Source: Spirogloea muscicola (lineage: Eukaryota). From it: DNA of 20,000 nt. The DNA lies in NCBI GenBank assembly GCA_009602725.1, contig WELB01000001.1:1389043-1409042 (forward strand), given 5' to 3'. A model generated the notes under the pieces. That model had not been told where the DNA came from, made no database searches, and saw nothing but the letters and a program-made list of their open reading frames with translations. Positions within the stretch are counted from its first letter, which is position 1. Each line of letters starts with the position of its first letter. Made by a program: the position numbers and the translations under genes. Shown piece after piece: positions 10,564-19,407 of this stretch.

Positions 10564-11745
10564 GCACGCCCCAGACGTCCTCCTTCCTCTCTACCCTCTC
10601 CCCCCCCCATGCCTTCCTTATAAGGCCCACATTGGGCTGCCAGGGACGTCGCCAATTGCGTTGCTTGTACCAAACTAGGTGTAGCAAGTTGTAGCTACTC
10701 GCTACGCCCACCATCAATGGCCAACAGTAGAATAAGTCGGCAGTTTAGGCCTTGTTATCACTGGCAGCTGTAGCATCGGGAACAGCCCGGCATGACGAAA
10801 TCTGCCCGCATTGGGCAGAGCCCCTAGACCACGGAGCAGTCACTCCAGCATTAAGGCGCAGGCGACTTCTTGTCCTAGGCAGGTGTCACGTGAAAATCCG
10901 CCACTCGCCTCGTGTCCTCTGCCTAGGCGAAGAAGTTGCCCTGCAGGAACCTGAGTTCCGTCGTTCATCGAACTTGATCAAACTCTTATTCTTGGGTTCT
11001 ATTTACTATTGATCTGTAAATAAGTGTCTGCTACTTTCTTTTCCAACTCCCTGTCCCTTACTCTCTCTGCACCAACTCCCTGTCGTCATCAATGAGATGC
11101 TAGAAGAGGGAGCATCTCAAGTACACATTGTTTCGAACTCCTTATCGTGCTATGCGCATCTGAAAAAGCGAAGCGACAACCACAAGCAAGACATAGCAGG
11201 GCCTTTTGATAACAGGATATGGGCGGCGCAGACATTCCACACCCCACTCCTCCTTCGCTGCTATTTTGGGACTCTGAAGCCTTCAGATCGTCTTGCTATT
11301 GGATACATAGCCCATGTTCGTCAGATTAGTCAGTTTCTCACCTCACCACTTGGCTGGTGCAAGCTCTTGCACTTGCTTCTTGCTTGCAGCAATTTTCTGC
11401 CATTTACCCTAGACTGTCAGCCTGTAAATCAGTCCAACTCTGTCCGCTGCGCATATTGAGCCTGCTAGCCTGAAATCCCAGAGTTAAGGTGCACCCTCCA
11501 TGTACAATCAGAATAACAGGCTTCATCGGTACTCCCAGGCCCTCCTTTGACATTAGCAGCTGCCTCACCTACCGGCAATATCGCTGACCCTCCCTCCCAC
11601 CTTCTGCAAACTACTGCACAAATCTGTCATGCACTCGCAGATCGCTCAATTCTTTGTCGCTTCCAGTCTGTGAAGCTTGCCCGTGAATCAGGGCATACAA
11701 TTTTATGTACAGTAATCTGGTCAGTGTCTTCTGCTGCCTTGGCTG

Positions 11746-12856
11746 TCACCGGCCGTAACCGAAGGCAGAGTTGTACCGCTGCTTTTTGGAGAAAGCCGAA
11801 GCGGCAGCGCTGGGCGGCGCACCCCCTTCTGTAGCCCGTGATGCACTTGCCAGGACACCGAGCGCCCTTTGTCGTTCTCGCTGCTCCCGCAGCAGCCTCT
11901 CTGCCCGCAGCTCGTCCACCGTTTTCCGCTTCCTCGATACTATTCTGTCGCTCAGTGCTGGAAGGTGCACGCCAAACAAAAAGGCGAATGAGACCGGGCC
12001 ATCGAAGCAAAAGCAGTCATCATCAGTCCGACCAGCAGATCCCCCAAAACCGTAGCCCCTGCTTCTACGCAGGCAAGGCACCTTAACTTCGTGGCAAACG
12101 TGCAAAGGCAGAGCAGGAGTTGGGCAAGTGCATCCTCGAGCGCGTCCTACTACTATTACGGAGCACCACTAGCGACAAGACACAAGCTGACCAGCACCGC
12201 CATCAAGTACTCTACCCACTGGCAGAAGCGCGTGGCTGGCTTGCGATCAGAAAGGGCCGTGAGGCGCCTGCTGTGGCAGCGTGCATGGCGGCATCCGCAC
12301 ACAGGCCGGCCAAAAGTGGCAAGAGATACGCAAATCAACGGACCTGCGGCTGGGCGACGGGCGCTGCTGCTGCCGTTAGCCTCCTTCTCGCGGCCGTTCC
12401 CGACGTCGGCCCGCTCGGGCACCGCCGTCGTCGCCACGGGCGGCTCGAGGGTGTACCACGGGCGCCGGGCTTGCTCCCCGGCGGCGCCGTACCCAAGGCT
12501 GTGCGAGGGGTCCGCCGCCGCAGCGTCCGCCGCCACCCTGCCGTCTCGGCCCTTGGCCTTGGCCCTGGCCTCGCCGCTGTTGCTCGCGAGCGCGGCCATG
12601 GGGAGGCCGTCGAAGAGGCTGAAGTGTCCAGCATCGCCGCCAGCGCCAACATTGGCGCTGGCGCCGGCAGGTACGGCCTCGTCACCGCGTCGCGCCCGCG
12701 CCCGCGCGAGCAGATCCTGGCGCCGGGACTCGCCGGCGCGCGCGGCGGCCTCGGCGGCCTGGGCGNCTCGTCTGCGGCCACGCGCTCCCGGTTGTCGAAG
12801 TTGTACACGTTCCAGCTCTTCTGCGGCAGGATATTGAGGCCGCCGTGCCCGCCCAT
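11746..12856 (-). CDS. LENG1-like protein with Cir_N (CBF1-interacting corepressor N-terminal) domain; complement(join(11746..11957,12344..12856)), exon 1 interrupted by an N at 12766
   Basis: N-terminus MGGHGGLNILPQKSWNVYNFDNRERVAADE. After the N: RRQDLLARAR..GHFSLF..LGYG..PWY. Exon 2: KRKTVDELRAERLLREQRERQRA...RYNSAFGYGR*. Phase-1 GT-AG intron 11958-12343 (cag|gtccgt ... ccttccag|ca) joins the exons in frame. Confidence 0.85.
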
Positions 12857-12925
12857 GGCGCCAGGAAACGAGGCGGCGGCGGCGGCGGCGCTGGTGGCGG
12901 CGGTGGCGGCGGCGGCGGCGGCGGA
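12857..12925 (-). repeat. (GCC)n-rich trinucleotide tract in the probable 5' UTR of the LENG1-like gene
   Basis: ggcggcggcggc... runs on the + strand directly upstream of the minus-strand ATG. Confidence 0.7.
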
Positions 12926-12979
12926 GGACCTCGCCCCAGAAGACCTAGCTCGCGTCGGCGCAACTCCCGTGAAATGGGT

Positions 12980-13136
12980 AGTGCTCGCCCATTGAGAATA
13001 GGGGCTGGAAAAGCCAGCCCAAAAAAGAATCAACAAAGGACGAGAAGGGGGCCAGGGGAAGCGCTAAGAAAAACAAGCACTCAAAGAAACAAAGCCGCTA
13101 CGGATCACTCAGCAACCCCTGCTAAGCAGCCTCAGG
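12980..13136 (-). mobile_element. CRE-like 3' end (subfamily ending LRLLSRGY*), ORF tail plus UTR
   Basis: Reads LRLLSRGC* (stop 13109-13111), then a UTR closely matching 13796-13949 and 18701-18855, including the GGGCTGG..CCAGCCC stem-loop and atgggcgagcact. Confidence 0.8.
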
Positions 13137-13189
13137 AATGGGACTGTCGAGGTAAGTCGCAGGCAGCTAAGCCGGGCCCCGGCGCACTC

Positions 13190-13420
13190 TTGGCAGGAGC
13201 ACCGCGCCCCTTTCTTCCTCGTTTTCACTTCTTTCTTGTCGTCGTCGAAGTCGGGGGCAGCTTGGGCCACTCCAGCATTCCGCAGGCCTTCGTTGCATAT
13301 TATAGAATGCGGCTCTCGCTTGGTTTTAGCTGCTCGCAAGCATTGGCTCTTCATCAACGTGCAGGGCGCGCTCTAATAAGCCAGGCCTCCGGCTTTCGTG
13401 GCGCAAACCAGCTCGCATGC
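13190..13420 (+). mobile_element. CRE-like RLE C-terminal fragment with internal deletion
   Basis: RFHFFLVVVEVGGSLG (cf. F.P..VE..G.L) followed by AYYRMRLSLGFSCSQALALHQRAGRAL. Confidence 0.6.
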
Positions 13421-13474
13421 CACGCCATCGTCCGCCGCTTCCGTGGGCAAGATCGTGTATTAGAAAGAAATGTA

Positions 13475-13600
13475 GGCCAAATGGCCAGGTACAAAGGCAA
13501 GCACATCTAAAAATCTACATAACCTACGGCAGATTGACCCGCTCAATAACCACGGGTCAAAACATAGAGGTCACTACCCGATGCATGAATACTAGATGCC
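13475..13600 (-). mobile_element. CRE-like 3' fragment (ORF end plus partial UTR)
   Basis: SSIHASGSDLYVLTRGY* (stop 13543-13545); aligns by eye with 8890-9000(-). Confidence 0.75.
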
Positions 13601-13634
13601 AGGAACGGACCACCGGCTTCCATGAAGAGCCGGT

Positions 13635-13955
13635 GGTCTTTCCTGCAGCCGGGTGGCTGGCGCAAGTGTACCGTATGCGCCTGGCCGTCTCGCTGCAGCG
13701 GTCCATGGCCCGCGCGCTGCACCTGCGTGCCGGCAGAGCCCTCGCTGCTGCCTCTGGCTCTGGTCAGGGGACCCACAGGAGCCTAGCTTCTCTAACCTGC
13801 GCCTGCTTAGCAGGGGATACTGAGTGATTCGTAGCTGCTTTGTTTCTCTGTGTGCTCGTCTTTCTTAGCGCTTCCCCTGGCCCCCTTCTCGTACTTTGTT
13901 CATTCCTTTTCGGGCTGGCTTGTCCAGCCCCTATCCTCAATGGGCGAGCCCTTTC
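13635..13955 (+). mobile_element. CRE-like 3' fragment (ORF C-terminus plus full UTR)
   Basis: AAGWLAQVYRMRLAVSLQRSMARALHLRAGRALAAASGSGQGTH, then a 4-nt deletion relative to 18678-18681, then EPSFSNLRLLSRGY* (stop 13821-13823). The UTR has the stem-loop and the terminus tgggcgagccctttc (13941-13955). Confidence 0.8.
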
Positions 13956-13975
13956 TTTGGTGGCAGCGCTCCAGC

Positions 13976-14270
13976 TCCCCAAGTTAGCTTGTCGGATTTG
14001 TTTGTGCTCACCCGTGGGTACTAAATGTCACCGTAGGGACCTTAGTTTAGATCTCCGTATTTTGCGACCTTGTTTTATTTGCACTAGACTTTGCCTGAAG
14101 AATGTATTGGCTTGACTTGGCCTCCCTTTCATTTCATGCGCTCCACGCGCCTTCTCTCTTTTCATATCACTTCCCACGCTTTTGCGCCCTCTGCTTATCC
14201 CGAAATTTCAGACCTTATTCACTTACTCTGGGCTCTCCCAGCCATTGCTTTACACTGGAAGCGCTATTTC
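13976..14270 (+). mobile_element. CRE-like 3' fragment (subfamily ending DLFVLTRGY*)
   Basis: PQVSLSDLFVLTRGY* (TAA 14022-14024). The first ~180 bp recur at 14590-14771. Small hairpin ctggg-ctct-cccag at 14228-14241; terminus tggaagcgctatttc at 14256-14270. Confidence 0.75.
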
Positions 14271-14293
14271 TGACTTCTTCTTTGGCGATCTAC

Positions 14294-14340
14294 TTTAGCC
14301 TGTCAAACCTGTATGTGCTCATTCGTGGGTACCAATGCTG
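14294..14340 (+). mobile_element. short CRE-like ORF-end fragment
   Basis: FSLSNLYVLIRGY(Q), directly after the terminus of the previous copy. Confidence 0.55.
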
Positions 14341-14589
14341 TATGTGCCGTATGCTGTATGGTTATGTGCTGTATACAGCATTCACAGAGTCGCCCTTGAC
14401 AACCTGTAGCCGCGTGAGTGTCACTAGAAGTGAAGGCTGGTCACGGGCAACATTACGAGGAGCGCGCTTCTCATACTCGAAGGAAGGCGCGGGGTGCGCA
14501 TGAGATGAGAGGACGGCCAACTTAAGCCAGTACAATGTGTAAGAACAAGAAGAAGAGGGGCTAAGCTTACACAACGAAATGTTCAACTG

Positions 14590-14771
14590 TCCCCAAGCTA
14601 GCTTGTCGGATTTGTTTGTGCTCACCCGTGGGTACTGATGTCACCTTAGGCACCTTGGTTTCGTTTTCCGTATTATGTAGCCCTGTTTAGTTTGCCCTAG
14701 ACTCTGCCTGAGCAATCAATCGGCTTGAATTGGCCTCCACTTCATTTCATGCGCCCCGCGCGCCTTCTCTC
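14590..14771 (+). mobile_element. CRE-like 3' fragment, direct repeat of 13976-14158
   Basis: tccccaagctagcttgtcggatttgtttgtgctcacccgtgggtactga...ttcatttcatgcgccccgcgcgccttctctc; PQASLSDLFVLTRGY* (TGA 14636-14638). Confidence 0.8.
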
Positions 14772-14784
14772 AACTGTAGGAGGA

Positions 14785-14945
14785 CTCTGGTACCCACAAG
14801 TGTACGCATACATATCTGCCAGATTAAAATGGTTCGCTGGAGCACCACTCCACAAGCCAGTGGCCTGACTTAGTGCTCGCCCAGCACGCCAATGAGTGGC
14901 TAGAGCCTGAGAACGCTGCAACTCTAGCGAGAGCCGCATTGTGAT
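14785..14945 (-). mobile_element. CRE-like ORF C-terminal fragment
   Basis: MRLSLELQRSQALATHWRAGRALSQATG...NLADMYAYTCGY. Confidence 0.65.
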
Positions 14946-15439
14946 GTGCAATTCTGCAAGACACTTTTATGCCCTTACTTATCGGCCTGACTACGACGGC
15001 GAGTGTCGACAACGTGGGCCAGGCGATGGAGGAGGGAGGATCACTTGGTACTTAGCCGCCACGAATGTCATAGCCAGGATAGATGTACTCCCCCCGGGGG
15101 AAGGTCCTTGTAGCGCCGCTCCTATCTTTCAGCACGATACGTCGCCCAGCCAGGCACAGTGCCCCGACTGGGAACCGTCAAGCGTGCCCAGACGTCGTGC
15201 CTCGTCGTGCAAGCGGTACCCCGAAACTCGGCAAGGGCTGGGCCTCAGCGGAGCCTGCTAGAAAAGAAAGCGTGTATCCAGTGACAGAGGGCCAGAGCAG
15301 CCAATTGCGAAGGCAAGTACTTTTTTTCAAAAGTAGCTCGCATAATGGCCGCCTGTTGCTGTACGAACCCGCTCAACATCCACAGGTCAGCACGGCAGTA
15401 CGATTAGGTTGCAAATAAGCCCACATACCGCCTGCATAT

Positions 15440-16220
15440 TTTGAAGCCCCTCTTCTGCCACCGACTGGAGCTTGCCGAGTTCGCTCCAATGGCCATCAAT
15501 GTGCACGGGGCTTTCGCGTCTCGGTGGCTGGACCTTTTGGCCAGGCTTGCGCGCCGCGCTGTCTTCTGCAGGCTGGGCGAGCAGGCTGACTTCAACGCTG
15601 CTGGCTCGCTAGCGCAGGTCTTCTGAATGCGCCTGTTCAAATTCCTCCAGCTATCCTTGGCTTACGCCTTGCATCTACGAGCTAGCCGTGCTCTAGCTGC
15701 CGCTACCGTAGCCCCACTTAGCTCAGGGCTTCGCTTTGTGTAGCCCTATCCAGTGCAGTGTATTTGCGTTCTGCGAAATGGTGTATCGGAAGCGCTTGGC
15801 CTCCAAATCACTTCATGCTTTGCTCATGGCGTAACTGAGTGGCCACCCAGAGTAGCCGATCTTATTATCACAAGTAATTCGCACTGTTGTTTTGCAGCTT
15901 GCCCCTTGACCTTGTCCACACTTGTTGCAGATTGCCTTTTCAGAAGTACCGTTGCCTTTTGGCAACTTGGGCAGTCCGGGTCCTTTTAGACCTTGTCCAT
16001 TCCTCTTGGGCTTGGCCTTCCATGTTTATAGCCCCCATCAAGTTTTGAATGAGATCCTTCTCTCATGGCGCCTTCCGGCCCTTCAGACTTGTACATTCCT
16101 TTGTGCTTTCGGCAGAGCCTTTCTTCTTTGGGCTGGCCTCATCCTTGTCATTTCTTCTCGGAATGGCTGTTCACAGCCCTCGACCCCTTTGGGAGACCCA
16201 CTTTTGGGAGACCCACTTTC
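15440..16220 (+). mobile_element. CRE-like RLE C-terminal region followed by one or more degenerate ORF ends and 3' UTR ends
   Basis: EFAPMAINVHGAFASRWLDLLARLARRAV...AAGSLAQVF*MRLFKFLQLSLAYALHLRASRAL (15470-15700), the clearest RLE-type 'F.P.A....G......L..LA' segment. UTR-type motifs at 15988-16035 and 16120-16220, ending in a duplicated tttgggagacccact. Confidence 0.65.
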
Positions 16221-16549
16221 TTTCTCACAGCCATTGCCTTACCTCAGAGAGCTGTTTCTTCCCATGTGGCTGCCGAGGGTCTGCTTGGTCGCTGTCAGGA
16301 AGGTAGACTCCACCGAAGAATCTTATCTTGCTGTCAGGTGTTGGAGCGAGTTGCGGTGACTTTCCCACGGCAATTTGAGCTCCAAACTGGTAACGCTTAC
16401 ATGGTGTTCAGATAATCGTAGGTAGAGACGCCAGTACCCACCCAGATTGGTTGGCCGTTAGCCTCGTGCCGAGCGGTACATGCCGTCCGAGCAGTAGTGC
16501 TGTTGTCGTTCCTTATTACTGTTCCGTCCAGGCTCGCCCGAGTGGCCTC

Positions 16550-17005
16550 GCATGCTCCCGGCAGGCTCGGCCTTGGACATGCTCGGCGGCATGCTCGACC
16601 TCGGCCAATGCTCGACGACATGGCGCCTGTCAAGACAGCCCGTGGTCCCTCGTCAGGCACGCTCCTCACGGGGCGGGCCTTGGGGCGAGCCCCATGCACC
16701 CTGGAGGGAGGATGGCTCGGAGAAGCACCAGAATTGTAGAGCAAACACCTGGCCGGAAGTTGGGAGTCAGTGAAGCTCTGAGAGAGGCACAGCCCTGCTG
16801 CTGCCTGCTGCTGCAGACCGCTGCCGCGCGGCTTGTTGCCGGCTGCTTGCTGTGAAGACCGTGTTGGCGTCCCGCAATCTGCAGTGAGTGCCCAGGAGGT
16901 GCAGCCGCTGCCTGATGGCGGCGTCACAGGGCAGGCTATCATGTGCTTGAGTGCTTCCTCGTGACGGGTAGTTGCCAGAAACTCCCCTGCACTCAACCTA
17001 ACCAG
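16550..17005 (+). repeat. second, more decayed copy of the unidentified coding repeat at 5085-5560
   Basis: APGRLGL vs APGRPGL; TLEGGW vs TLKGGW; agtgaagctctgagagaggcacagccctgctgctgc vs agtgaagctctgtgagaagcgcagccctgctgctgc; CSECPG vs CSWCPG. Confidence 0.7.
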
Positions 17006-17462
17006 GTGGCATTCAGCTCTTACCTGCGTCGTAGGGACCGAATGCTACACGCTGTGGGGCCGCAGAAGACGGCAGAGCTGGCTGCGGCCGCGGCGGCAGC
17101 ACATATGCAGCAAGGCCATGGGCGGCGAGCTACACAGAGAGCGAGCTACACGGCGAGCTGACAAGCAACCTGACAACCAGCCTTCCAACTGCTGTCCCGC
17201 CAAACAGCAGCAAGCGGGCGCTACTACGGTTCATTTCGTGCATTTGTGTGAGCTATTAATATTCCGTAGTCACCTATCGTAGCTGAATGGGTTGCAAACT
17301 GCGGTGGGGCTCCACCCATGACCTTGTCCTGTCAACTTGGGCTGGCATATTACAGCGACATTCTCTTTCCAATAGTGGCAGTGTGATTGCAGCTTTTTCC
17401 GGCCCGTTTGGACGATGTCCTGAGCTGCCCAAAGACATGGACCCCTTTTGAAAATCCTTTCT

Positions 17463-17537
17463 CGTGAAAGGGAGAGTAATGTCTTGCAGAGAGGGCGAGG
17501 GCTGTGAAAAGTTAGCCCGAAAAGAATGGACAAGGTA
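17463..17537 (-). mobile_element. CRE-like 3' UTR end fragment
   Basis: The minus strand reads ccttgtccattcttttcgggctaacttttcacagccctcgccctc...ctttcacg, similar to 6278-6232(-). Confidence 0.55.
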
Positions 17538-17914
17538 TCTTGTTGAGGTTCTCCCTCTCGATTCAATCGGCTACCTTAGAGCCAGTGCCTTTGAGGGGGG
17601 AGCCCAACGTCACTCCCTTCCTCAGACGTGTGACTCCGCTTCGGCGATAGCGAAGCAAAGAGAGAAGGCGCGCGGTGCGCTTGAAACGAAAGCGTGGTCA
17701 AGCCAATACATTGTTCAGAATGACTAGTGCAAAACAGAAGGGGGCCTTGTCGAAGCGTACTGCGTTCACTTCGGGAGCTGCCAGAGAAGTGAGGCAGCTA
17801 CAGTGGCAGTAGGGATGGCAGGGGTGAGAAGGAGGGCCGCTCCGGAGATAGCGAAGTAAAACAGGCATCCACTCCAACGCTGGACAATGCCATGATTTCG
17901 AGAGCCAGAGCGAA

Positions 17915-17980
17915 TTTCTGTTTCCTTTCTTTTTTGGGCTGGCTTTTCACAGTGATCGCCCCTTCGGAAGGGCTGCTTCA
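17915..17980 (+). mobile_element. CRE-like 3' UTR end fragment
   Basis: ttttttgggctggcttttcacagtgatcgccccttcggaagggctgcttc. Confidence 0.5.
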
Positions 17981-18384
17981 TAGGGCCACTTTAAACCAAA
18001 GTCGGTCGGTCGCGGCGAGGCGTACGTGTCGCGCGGTGAATGGAATGACCGGCTTTACAACCTTGCGCGCCCGGTCGTGGTCACCCGCCACGGAGGCGCC
18101 ACATTGGGCTGCTGACTAGGACGTCTCTTGCCCCCGTTAAGGAGGAAGAACGCGCCGTTGCACATCTGGCGCTGATGTGGACGCCACTATTCCCCGTCAA
18201 GGATGAAACGGCCGTGTGCCACGAGGGTGGTCAAGTTCCCGGCCCTCCTTCCGAGGAGGTCCGAGTTTTCGACCACCCCCCCCCCCCTACCCCCCGTTCC
18301 GCAAGAGCAGGCGGCCTCGGCCTCCGCGGCGGCGACATCCCCATAACCCGGCGATCAAATCGATTTCGGCCGGCCGACCCGGTA

Positions 18385-18858
18385 TAACCTGGCTCTTCAA
18401 TTCCAACAGCCACTTGCCGCGGCCTGCTTCCGCGGCCTGGCGACTCCACCCCATGTTTGTGGGAAGCCGCTCGCTTCTGCTGCCACTGGCACACGTCCAC
18501 CTGGCCACTGGGCCAGCTGGCCAGCGTACAAATGCCAGGCAGACGCTAGTCTTTCCCCAGCGGGACTACTCGTAGCCGCCGCCACGAGCCGAGTAGGCGG
18601 CACAGCCTGTCGTCAACCAGGCCCGCTATTCCACCGCAGTGGCGCCCTACCCGTCTGGCTCTGGCCAGGGGACCCACTTCCAGGAGCCTAGCGTCTCTGA
18701 CCTGAGGCTCCTTAGCAGGGTTACTGAGTGATCCGTGGCTGCTTTGTTTCTTTGTGTGCTTGTTTTTCTTAGCACTTCTGCTGGCCCCCTTCTCGTCTTT
18801 TGTTGATTCGATTTTGGGCTGGCTTTTCCAGCCCCTATCTCAATGGGCGAGCACTTTC
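18385..18858 (+). mobile_element. internally deleted CRE-like copy: zinc-knuckle relic joined to ORF end plus full UTR
   Basis: HVCGKPL / HLATGPAGQRTNARQTL (cf. C.CG.PL...HL..C..GG.RT..HD; weak). Then SGSGQGTHFQEPSVSDLRLLSR(G)Y* (TGA 18725-18727) and the UTR; 18654-18858 is a direct repeat of 13753-13955 (strong). Confidence 0.75.
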
Positions 18859-19221
18859 TTCTACCCGTGAAAGTGCTCGCTCATAAAGAAGTGTGGCTGG
18901 TCCGTGTGGGCTGGCGGGGATTCGCAAGTTGCCTCCCTCCCCGTCAGGGGTCGACACCAACAGCCCGTGCGGGTCCTCGACAAGGTCCGGCTCGCTTACC
19001 TGATATGCGGCGCCAGACGCGCGCGTCGCGACGCTGCGTGCCGCCTCGTCGGTGGCCCGCGGGAGGCGCGGCCGGTGTGGCTTGCTCAGCGTGGCCCGAG
19101 GCGGGCCCGGCGCCAGGGGCAGCGCTCTCCCCGCCGCTAGGCCGGCGAGCCTCCGGCGGAGGCGGGGCCAGCGGAGCCCCGCCGCTTGCTCTGGGAGCCA
19201 GCCCTTACGGTGGGACGTAAA

Positions 19222-19407
19222 TCCGTGGGTTTCCTTATCGCAGTTTCGAAGTGCTCACCCGTGGGTACTATGGTAACTCACACTATCACCTCAGCAACCT
19301 TAGCATGGGGCTTCGTTTTTAAGTACCCTACCTGTCGCGATAGCTTTTGGCTGAATAGTGTATTGGATTACATGGCCCCCCTTTCCTTCCATGCGCACCG
19401 TGCGCGC
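19222..19407 (+). mobile_element. diverged CRE-like 3' fragment (DLFVLTRGY subfamily)
   Basis: gtgctcacccgtgggtact at 19251-19269; tgtattggattacatggcccccctttccttccatgcgc matches 14103-14141. Confidence 0.6.

Noticed and set aside
10575..10720. LTR-like piece (pyrimidine tract plus cttataaggcccacat), loosely similar to 7000-7075 reversed
   Set aside because: The similarity is short and mostly low-complexity; it may simply be the AP2 3' UTR.
12091..12995. Plus-strand ORFs 12091..12837 and 12120..12995
   Set aside because: Antisense shadows of the LENG1-like exon 1.
12980..13955. MITE or DNA transposon with 155-bp TIRs
   Set aside because: The arms contain an ORF end plus UTR and occur singly elsewhere (4757, 18654). 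No TSD is evident.
13815..13960. Hammerhead ribozyme in the repeat UTR (expected if Penelope-like)
   Set aside because: No CTGANGA...GAAA core found by eye in these copies.
13976..14771. LTR pair or CRISPR-like array
   Set aside because: No TG..CA ends, PBS or PPT seen. The repeats are long, irregularly spaced and encode the retroelement C-terminus; no cas genes, and the context is eukaryotic.
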